Position numbers and translations under genes: made by a program. Under the pieces are notes generated by a model, which searched no databases, had not been told where the DNA came from, and worked only from the letters and a program-made list of their open reading frames with translations. Shown piece after piece: positions 8,334 through 14,876 of a stretch of 15,698 bases of DNA (its first letter is position 1; every line of letters starts with the position of its first letter). Origin of the DNA: Candidatus Micrarchaeota archaeon (GTDB lineage Archaea > Micrarchaeota > Micrarchaeia > Anstonellales > Bilamarchaeaceae); NCBI GenBank assembly GCA_041694885.1, contig JBGFRX010000010.1, positions 1 to 15,698 on the forward strand. Reading direction: 5' to 3'.

Positions 8334-8519
8334 ATGGTGAACCAGCAGGTGAATAAGATGGCGCATGTGCTTCCAAAAGAAAGGCGCCTTATATGGCTTA
8401 CTCATTTTCTCCAGAACTCGTTCTTTTTCCATAATTCTTATTATCCCGTTTTACGACCTAAGGAAACATTTAAATACGTCTTAAACCATAATATAAAACA
8501 GATAAAAAGGGCAGGGTGA
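8334..8519 (+). CDS. Possible small hypothetical protein (61 aa) or decayed gene
   Basis: Supported only by promoter spacing. No recognisable motif, and the ORF runs across the next promoter (GGAAACA-TTTAAATA, 8462-8476). Confidence 0.2.
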   Translation: MVNQQVNKMAHVLPKERRLIWLTHFLQNSFFFHNSYYPVLRPKETFKYVLNHNIKQIKRAG

Positions 8520-8532
8520 TTAGGAAAAAGAG

Positions 8533-9063
8533 ATGTGGATGATTGGCATGGCAACGTATGCGGATTCGAAACCATATGGCGTTGCGGCTTCTGCCAGCGC
8601 TAATTATCGCCGTCTTTTTAAGACGTCTGATTCTTACCTAGAACACAGAGAAAAGGAGCTTCTTCTTTTCCGGCTCGCAACGCACGGAAAAGTGCAGGAT
8701 CCAGACAAGCTCAAGGAAGCTATAATTGATGTAATAGAGAACGGCGCCACACCCAAGATGAAGATGTGGGCGTTTAAGATAGGGATCGCGGGCTGCTCCA
8801 AAAATTGGTGGAGCAACGGCTGTTCCCAGGAAATCGCGGAAAAATACTTTCAGCATCTGAAACGGGATATTGGCAAATTCTCCAGCCACGAACGGAAGCT
8901 GGCAAAGGATATGCTGATAAAAGTGCTCGAAGAGCATGCGCTTGGAGACAGCATATACCTGAAGATAACCCATATGGTTCACGAACTGGAGCGGAGAGAT
9001 CATCACAATGCGCCAACTATGGCTGCAGGAAAAGAACTTTTATGCGAGCAGGCCATGGTTTGA
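8533..9063 (+). CDS. Orphan hypothetical protein, probably alpha-helical, ending in LCEQAMV (start may be ATG 8548)
   Basis: 176-aa ORF fills the gap, with an upstream TATA at 8469 and SD-like GGTGAT/GATGAT. No family recognised. Confidence 0.75.
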   Translation: MWMIGMATYADSKPYGVAASASANYRRLFKTSDSYLEHREKELLLFRLATHGKVQDPDKLKEAIIDVIENGATPKMKMWAFKIGIAGCSKNWWSNGCSQEIAEKYFQHLKRDIGKFSSHERKLAKDMLIKVLEEHALGDSIYLKITHMVHELERRDHHNAPTMAAGKELLCEQAMV

Positions 9064-9142
9064 TGATTTCGGATTTTGGCGCGCGGACAAATTGAAAATA
9101 TCCTTACGGCAACGAAAAGAATAAAAATTACAAGGCGAATGT

Positions 9143-9757
9143 ATGAGTGTGATTGGAAGTGAAAAAATACAGAAAGCAAGTGAAGGGACAGCAGCGACCA
9201 TATTCGGATTCGAGAGAACCGCTGTGCAGAAGAGAATATTCCCGCAGCTCAGGGCAGATGAAGTTCTTCTCAGGTTCGCGCATCTCATTAATGGCCTGAA
9301 CGCCGCAAAGATCCTGGGAAAAGACCCGTTCGCGCCGGTGAAGCGAATTTCCGCCATAATGAAGGCGCCGGACACGGAGCACACCCAGCTCAAAATCACG
9401 CTCTTTTTCATAGTAATGGATATGCAGCGGGAAGGTCATCTTGAAGAAAGCAAGGCGAACATGATCCTCATGAAACTCGAAAAAACGGGCATGCGTGGCG
9501 GAGAGACCGCGTTTATGGTCTTTTCAGAGGTCGGAATAGAACCGATTATCAGATATTTAGTCGTGTGCAGCGGCAGCAGGGGGCCGCTGAGCGGCCCTGC
9601 AGCACAAGTTCTTGAAGAAATGTCACGCGATGCGAAAACCGAAAAACGGATTGTCGAAGCATTCAACAGGGATATTCTCAGGAAGAACAGCGGAAAGGAC
9701 GCGGATGTTGCGATAAGGAAGGTTTTGACTCCCTTGTGCGAAGGCGCTACTGTTTAA
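9143..9757 (+). CDS. Orphan hypothetical protein, probably alpha-helical, ending in LCEGATV
   Basis: 204-aa ORF, co-oriented with its neighbours and with protein-like composition. No family recognised. Confidence 0.75.
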   Translation: MSVIGSEKIQKASEGTAATIFGFERTAVQKRIFPQLRADEVLLRFAHLINGLNAAKILGKDPFAPVKRISAIMKAPDTEHTQLKITLFFIVMDMQREGHLEESKANMILMKLEKTGMRGGETAFMVFSEVGIEPIIRYLVVCSGSRGPLSGPAAQVLEEMSRDAKTEKRIVEAFNRDILRKNSGKDADVAIRKVLTPLCEGATV

Positions 9758-9782
9758 CCTCTTTTTGGTGCATAATCGGATT

Positions 9783-11003
9783 ATGCTTGGCTATTTGTCA
9801 TCTGCGAACAAATTCATAAGGGGCGAAATAAAGCAGAGCGCATCCGATTTTCAGGTAGAGGAAATAATGGCTGACGGAACTGTTCTCGAATTGAACAAAA
9901 AAAAGGAATTTCCTGATTCCGGAAGCAAATTCGTGCATTTCGTGCTGGAGAAGGAGGATTGGAGCACTGCAGAAGCAGCAAGGAAAATTGCCTCCCGGTT
10001 GCGCATCTCGCCCAAGCGCATAAATTACGCCGGGACAAAGGACAAGAAAGCGCTCACCACTCAGCTTATGTCTGCCTTTGGAGTGAGGAAAGAGGACGTT
10101 CTGGGGCTGAAAATAAGCGGGATGAAAATTTTGAGCGCATGGCATGCTGACGAGAAGGTGGAAATGGGCGCGCTTCTGGGCAACAGGTTCAAAATAAGGG
10201 TTGTTGGCGGGATTGATGGACGCATTGTGAAGGAGATCGTATCGGAACTGGGAACTGAAAACGAGAGGCCGCGGAATGAAGTGCACGCCTGCGAATTCCC
10301 CAATTATTTTGGCCCGCAGAGGTTCGGGAATACGCGCACGAATACGCATATCATAGGGGAGAAACTATTGAAGAGCGACTTGCGCGGGGCTGTGGAATCG
10401 TATCTTATAGGTGACGAGGGGGAGATGAACACTTATGCGAAGGAGGCGAGGAAAAAGCTGCGCGATGAAGGGGATTACAGGAAGGCCTTGGGATATTTCC
10501 CGAAGCACCTGAAATTCGAGCGGCTCATGCTCCTCCATCTTGCTGAGCACCGGCACGATTATGCAAATGCGCTGCGGAAGCTGCCCAGGCAGATACTCCT
10601 CCTTTTCGTGCACGCATTCCAGTCCCATCTGTTCAATCTCATGCTTTCCGGGCGGCTTGCTGAAGGTAAGCTGGAGCTTGAGGGAGGGGAGCATTATTGT
10701 GGTGAAAAATCCGGATTCCCGAATCCCGGTATGGCCTCTAACTCTGGCTGGATTGCCGGAAAAATAATCGGATACGAAACCGAACTGAATGAAAGGGAAA
10801 CCGAACTGCTGGAGCGGTTTGAAATGAGGAAGGAGGACTTCAGGGTGCAGGCCCTTCCGGAAATAAACTCCAAAGGGACTTTCAGAACTTTGCTTGCGCC
10901 GATGAAAGATTTCGAGTACAAGGAGAACGTGTTTGCATTCTCGCTCCCTTCTGGCTCATATGCGACCTCTGTGTTGAGGGAGTTTATTAAAGGCCTTTGG
11001 TGA
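9783..11003 (+). CDS. truD: tRNA pseudouridine(13) synthase TruD/Pus7
   Basis: DFQVEE, catalytic YAGTKDKKALTTQ, LLGNRF, FPNYFGPQRFG, HAFQSHLFN, FSLPSGSYATSVLRE. ATG 9783 lies 30 nt after TTTAA. Confidence 0.97.
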   Translation: MLGYLSSANKFIRGEIKQSASDFQVEEIMADGTVLELNKKKEFPDSGSKFVHFVLEKEDWSTAEAARKIASRLRISPKRINYAGTKDKKALTTQLMSAFGVRKEDVLGLKISGMKILSAWHADEKVEMGALLGNRFKIRVVGGIDGRIVKEIVSELGTENERPRNEVHACEFPNYFGPQRFGNTRTNTHIIGEKLLKSDLRGAVESYLIGDEGEMNTYAKEARKKLRDEGDYRKALGYFPKHLKFERLMLLHLAEHRHDYANALRKLPRQILLLFVHAFQSHLFNLMLSGRLAEGKLELEGGEHYCGEKSGFPNPGMASNSGWIAGKIIGYETELNERETELLERFEMRKEDFRVQALPEINSKGTFRTLLAPMKDFEYKENVFAFSLPSGSYATSVLREFIKGLW

Positions 11004-11012
11004 GATTTTCTT

Positions 11013-12086
11013 ATGGAGGAGGGGCTTGAATTTGAGACGGGCAAATTGTTCTACAACCCGAACATGCGGTTCAGCAGGAGCTTCGGCTCGCTTTCCATTG
11101 GAGCGATCGGGGAAAAAATCACTGTTCTTGACGGGTTTGCTGCTTCTGGAATAAGGGGGCTGCGATACGCAAAAGAGAACAAGAATGTGAAGAAAACGAT
11201 CCTGCTCGACGTATGGAGAATGGCGCCTGCGATAATCGAAAGCAATGCTAAAAAGAACAAAATAAAAAATGCCGAAGCGCACAATGCGGATTTCAACGAA
11301 TACGCGATAACGAATGCGTTTGGTTTTATTGAGATTGATCCTTTTGGCTCTCCTGTGCCTTACCTCAACAATGCGTTCTACTCTTTCAGGAAAAGCAGGG
11401 AAGGGTATATCTCCCTGACTGCAACCGATGTCGCGGTTTTGTGTGGGGAAAACGCCAAAGCGTGCCTGAAAAAATATGGTTCTAAAAATTTGAGGAATGA
11501 ATTCACCCACGAAATCGGGACGCGGGTGCTTTTGAAGAAGATAGGGGACTTTGCCTCGCAGTTTGATTTCGGGATTGAGCCACTCTTTTCAATTTCGGAC
11601 AGGCATTACATCAGGATTCTTTTGAAGATAGTGCACTCTGCCAAAAAGGCCTCGGAAATTCCGCGCATGCTAGGCTATGTTTCCTATTGCTTCCACTGCG
11701 GGTATAGGGAAACGGATAGGTTCCCCAACCGGTTTTGCACAAACTGCAAAGAGGATATGGACTACGCGGGCCCTCTTTGGTTCGGCGAATTGCACGATAA
11801 GAAATTTCTGCAGAAGATGAAGGGGCTGAATGCAAAAAGAAATTATGCGGACAAAAGTGAGATAGGGAAAATGCTGGATTTGCTTATCGGAGAGGTTGGA
11901 ATGCCCCCTTTTTACTACGAACTGCACGATTTCTGCTCCAGGCTGAAATCGGAGCGCGTGCCGAAAATAGAGGATGTGATTGCGCGGCTCAGGAAAAAGG
12001 GCTTCAGGGCTGTTAGGACGCATTTTGAAGGGAAGGGGATAAAGACGAACGCGGGAATAATGGATTTGAGAAAGGCAATTGTCTGA
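11013..12086 (+). CDS. trm1: tRNA (guanine-26, N2)-dimethyltransferase Trm1
   Basis: FYNPNM, ASGIRGLRY, IDPFGSP, LTATD, Zn site CFHC...CTNC, AGPLWFG, RTHF...IKTNA. Confidence 0.96.
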   Translation: MEEGLEFETGKLFYNPNMRFSRSFGSLSIGAIGEKITVLDGFAASGIRGLRYAKENKNVKKTILLDVWRMAPAIIESNAKKNKIKNAEAHNADFNEYAITNAFGFIEIDPFGSPVPYLNNAFYSFRKSREGYISLTATDVAVLCGENAKACLKKYGSKNLRNEFTHEIGTRVLLKKIGDFASQFDFGIEPLFSISDRHYIRILLKIVHSAKKASEIPRMLGYVSYCFHCGYRETDRFPNRFCTNCKEDMDYAGPLWFGELHDKKFLQKMKGLNAKRNYADKSEIGKMLDLLIGEVGMPPFYYELHDFCSRLKSERVPKIEDVIARLRKKGFRAVRTHFEGKGIKTNAGIMDLRKAIV

Positions 12087-12093
12087 TGCCTTC

Positions 12094-12317
12094 GGGAGAC
12101 CGGAGACCCGGGACGGAAGACACGATTTGGGCCCAATGAGATCAAGAGTTTCGGGTTCAGAGTTCAGCGTTTTGGGTTTCACATCTTGGGTTGCGGGGTT
12201 TTCTGTTCTGAGTTCTGAATTTTGAAACTGCTGCGATACGAACCTATTAGGGACAGAATTCGGAGGCGCGGAACTCGGAACGCACGACGTAGTAGTACGA
12301 AACCCGAAACTGGAAAC
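12094..12317. repeat. Degenerate 7-bp tandem repeat tracts in both orientations
   Basis: 12094-12121 GGGAGAC CGGAGAC CCGGGAC GGAAGAC; 12144-12221 AAGAGTT TCGGGTT CAGAGTT CAGCGTT TTGGGTT ... CTGAGTT CTGAATT; 12268-12317 GCGGAAC TCGGAAC ... CGAAACC CGAAACT GGAAAC. Confidence 0.8.
12126..12142 (-). repeat. 17-bp duplicate of the tRNA-Ile 3' end (att-like)
   Basis: TTTGGGCCCAATGAGAT is identical at 12126-12142 and 12329-12345. Confidence 0.85.
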
Positions 12318-12330
12318 AATTTTTTTGTTT

Positions 12331-12421
12331 TGGGCCCAATGAGATTTGAACTCATGACCTTTCGATATCTGATCTTTTGGATTATCAGTCGAACGCTCTA
12401 GCCTGGCTGAGCTATGGGCCC
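12331..12421 (-). tRNA. tRNA-Ile (anticodon GAT) with a 16-nt intron at canonical position 37/38 (12367-12382); CCA not encoded
   Basis: Minus strand GGGCCCA-TA-GCTC AGCCAGGCTA GAGC-G-TTCGA CT GAT A[ATCCAAAAGATCAGAT]A TCGAA-AGGTC-ATGAG TTCAAAT CTCAT-TGGGCCC-A. All stems pair and the intron forms a bulge-helix-bulge. Confidence 0.97.
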
Positions 12422-12450
12422 AGAAAACAGGTATTTTCTGGTGGCACTGA

Positions 12451-12463
12451 TTTTTAAATTCGG
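12451..12463 (-). promoter_or_regulatory. tRNA-Ile promoter (BRE+TATA)
   Basis: Minus strand CCGAA-TTTAAAAA, about 30-37 nt upstream of the mature 5' end. Confidence 0.55.
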
Positions 12464-12469
12464 TTCGGT

Positions 12470-12510
12470 GTTCTGTGTTTTGGTTCTGCGCAAAACCCGA
12501 AACTCAGAAC
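12470..12510. repeat. Imperfect palindrome built from opposed heptamer units; possible terminator for the small ORF
   Basis: GTTCTGTGTTTTGGTTCTGC / GCAAAACCCGAAACTCAGAAC, centred on TGCGCA. Confidence 0.55.
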
Positions 12511-12526
12511 TTAAAACCTTCTGAAG

Positions 12527-12601
12527 CTACTTAGTGGCGAGGTATGAGGCAATCAGTATGGCCGCAACGACCGAAAGGTAGAATATCACTTCGTCAGGCA
12601 T
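12527..12601 (-). CDS. Candidate 24-aa single-pass membrane peptide MPDEVIFYLSVVAAILIASYLATK
   Basis: Acidic N-terminus, an uncharged hydrophobic stretch of about 19 residues, terminal Lys. TATA TTTTAAATAA starts at 12630, 29 nt before the ATG. Confidence 0.5.
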   Translation of the reverse strand: MPDEVIFYLSVVAAILIASYLATK

Positions 12602-12636
12602 AGTTTTTTTATGAACTCCATTATTTAAAAGATATT

Positions 12637-12990
12637 TGTAGGATGACAGCCAAAATGTCCAAATAGAGTGACAGCAATTTTGTCCCCTTCCCGCCCATAA
12701 ACCTAGGGTGGAAAAATGAGGCAAACAGGTGCGGACATGAAACTGGTCGCTGTCACAAGTTATCTGGAAGGGACGAAGAACGCAAAGGAAAGGTCCCTCT
12801 CCCACTTCTGGCGTGAGTTGTGGAAATTCGACAGGAGATGGAACAACTGGCGCAAGCTGAGTGCGCTTGGCTGGCAGACGCCAGCCAGAGTTTACCACAA
12901 CAAAAGGTATTTCAACAAGCACGTTCATAAGCAGAAAAAGCGGACATTTTAGCTGACAACAAATTAGGACAATTCCGCTGGCACTCTACA
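12637..12990 (+). mobile_element. 354-bp internally deleted, non-autonomous IS481-like element
   Basis: Ends TGTA...TACA. The left end has two repeats, TGACAGCCAAAATGTCC and TGACAGCAATTTTGTCC, 25 bp apart. The right end has two inverted copies, GGACATTTTAGCTGACA and GGACAATTCCGCTGGCA, also 25 bp apart. A transposase remnant lies inside. Confidence 0.85.
12716..12952 (+). pseudogene. Transposase remnant: short N-terminus fused in frame to the integrase-core C-terminal motif
   Basis: WNNWRKLSALGWQTPARVY resembles the YNxxRxHxxLxxxTPxxxY tail of IS481/IS3-type DDE transposases. SD-like AGGGTGG precedes the ATG. The DDE core is absent. Confidence 0.75.
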
Positions 12991-13012
12991 AATCCAACAG
13001 AGAGGCGTTTTT

Positions 13013-14176
13013 ATGAAAATCGGCATAATCGCAGACCTGCATCTCGGCTATTCGAGATTCAGGGAAGACGCGTTCAGGCAGGCGGAACATGCGCTCAGGG
13101 ATGCAGAATCGAAAACAGATGTGATTCTTATTGCAGGGGACATCTTTGATGTGAAGGTTCCGCAGCTCGAAACCCTCAAGCGGGCAGCTGACATATTCTC
13201 GAAAATAAAAAAGCCAGTTTATGTCATTCACGGAAACCATGAAAGGAGGAGCAGGGACATGGTGAATCCTGTACAGCTGCTTGCGATGCTTTCCAATATC
13301 CATTACGTACACGGGAAAACGGAAACTATCGAAGCAGAAAACGGGAACAGGGTCTCGATTACTTTTTTCGGAAACGTGCCCGACGAACTGGCGAAGAAAG
13401 CGCTCGCGAAACTGATGGAGCAGGAAAGGGCGAAACTGGAAACTGGAAACCCAGGACTGGAGACGGGTGGCGGGAAACAGTCCTGTTTCAGGATACTTGT
13501 TATGCACCAGTCGGTGAAGGAATTGGTTTATGGGGAGGAGGAATTGGGGTTTGACGATTTGAGGGATTTGCCTTTCGATTTGATAGTGAATGGACACGTA
13601 CACAAGTTCCACGAGGAGATGGCTGGCAAGCTCATAATTCCTGGAAGTACCGTTATAACGCAACTGAGGAACGACGAACAGGGCGAACGGGGGTATGTGA
13701 TTTACGATACGGAAAAAAGGAAGGGCGAATTCGTCGCGATTCCGAGCCGGCTCTTCTTCTACGATGAGATGAAATTTGAGGGCGCTTCCTTGGGAGAGAT
13801 AAAGGAGCGGTTGGAAAGCGCAATAGCAAACAGGAGGGCAAAACGCCCTGATGCGATTCTGAAAATAAAGCTGAGCGGAACGCTTAAGGAAGGGCTTAGC
13901 GCAAGCGACCTTTCCCTTGCCTACTCGGACGGGATTTACGTGCAGAACAACCTGAACTTGGAGAGCTTAGGCGACAGGATAAAACAGTTGCGCGAACGCA
14001 GGGAGGAAAAGCTCTCTGTGAGGGAAGTGGCAGTAAGGCAGCTGAGGGAAAAGCTCAGGGGAAAAATAACGCTCTTCGACCCAGTGGAGCTGTTCGAGAA
14101 ACTCTCGGAAGGCGCGGAGGAAGGGGCACAATATTTAAATACGAAAAAAGAGGGTGTTGTGCATGAAGTACCCTGA
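13013..14176 (+). CDS. mre11: Mre11/SbcD-family DNA repair nuclease (calcineurin-like phosphoesterase)
   Basis: ADLHLG, AGDIFD, HGNHE, VMHQ, NGHVH and IPGS motifs, then a capping domain and helical C-terminus. Confidence 0.9.
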   Translation: MKIGIIADLHLGYSRFREDAFRQAEHALRDAESKTDVILIAGDIFDVKVPQLETLKRAADIFSKIKKPVYVIHGNHERRSRDMVNPVQLLAMLSNIHYVHGKTETIEAENGNRVSITFFGNVPDELAKKALAKLMEQERAKLETGNPGLETGGGKQSCFRILVMHQSVKELVYGEEELGFDDLRDLPFDLIVNGHVHKFHEEMAGKLIIPGSTVITQLRNDEQGERGYVIYDTEKRKGEFVAIPSRLFFYDEMKFEGASLGEIKERLESAIANRRAKRPDAILKIKLSGTLKEGLSASDLSLAYSDGIYVQNNLNLESLGDRIKQLRERREEKLSVREVAVRQLREKLRGKITLFDPVELFEKLSEGAEEGAQYLNTKKEGVVHEVP

Positions 14177-14876
14177 CGTTTCCATAGTGATTCCCACGCT
14201 CAACGAGGAGAAGTACATAGAGGAGGCTCTGGAGTCCATAGCGAACCAAAGGAAGGCGCAGAAGTATGAGCTCATCGTCTCAGACGGCAGCAGCAGCGAC
14301 GGCACTATAAAAATTGCGAAAAAGTACGCGGATGTGATTGTGTACGAGCCCAGGCGCACAGTGGCAGCGGGGCGGCAGACGGGAATGATGGCTTCACGTG
14401 GCAGAATACTGGTGTGCGCAAACGCGGACACATATTACCCTCCGAACTGGCTCGCGAACCTTGTAAAACCATTTGAAAGGAAGCGGGTGGTGGGGAGCAT
14501 AGGAAAAGTGGTTCCGAAAGACGGGGATATCATAGACAACGCGTTCGCAAATGGAGTGCTTCACCCAGCAGCACGCATCCTTTCCGGGCTCAAGATTCAT
14601 TATGCCGATTCTTCGAACCTCGCACTTAGGAGGGATACGTTCATTAAGGCAGGCGGCTTCAGGAGCGAGCTGATAAGCGGCGAGGACACAGAACTGATGA
14701 AGCGGATGAAGAAGTTTGGGGAAATTGTGTACACTCCTGAGGCAGTCGCGTACGTCTCGATGCGCAGGGTGAAGAAATGGGGCAAGATTTACTATACGTT
14801 TTTCCACACCACCAATTTCATAAAGACCCATCTTTTCCAGAAAGGACACGGCCGCTACGAACCAATACGGGAATAA
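14163..14876 (+). CDS. Glycosyltransferase family 2 (GT-A fold)
   Basis: VSIVIPTLNEE, VSDGSSSDGT, NAD at the DxD position, GGF...GED, SMRR. ATG 14163 overlaps the mre11 end and lies 29 nt after TTTAAATA (14134). Confidence 0.93.
   Translation: MKYPDVSIVIPTLNEEKYIEEALESIANQRKAQKYELIVSDGSSSDGTIKIAKKYADVIVYEPRRTVAAGRQTGMMASRGRILVCANADTYYPPNWLANLVKPFERKRVVGSIGKVVPKDGDIIDNAFANGVLHPAARILSGLKIHYADSSNLALRRDTFIKAGGFRSELISGEDTELMKRMKKFGEIVYTPEAVAYVSMRRVKKWGKIYYTFFHTTNFIKTHLFQKGHGRYEPIRE

Noticed and set aside
12126..12142. Half of a split or permuted tRNA
   Set aside because: It lacks the T-loop and BHB-forming flanks, and the complete tRNA is adjacent.
12527..12928. 133-aa minus-strand ORF
   Set aside because: It crosses the IS boundary and a TATA box. 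Only the last 24 codons look like a gene.
12094..12990. CRISPR array
   Set aside because: The repeats are 7-bp tandem units or paired IS end repeats. There are no 25-40-bp repeats with unique spacers and no cas genes.
12986..13663. 225-aa ORF antisense to mre11, and similar antisense ORFs over the permease, ATPase, truD and trm1
   Set aside because: They lie on top of well-supported genes and show no recognisable domains.
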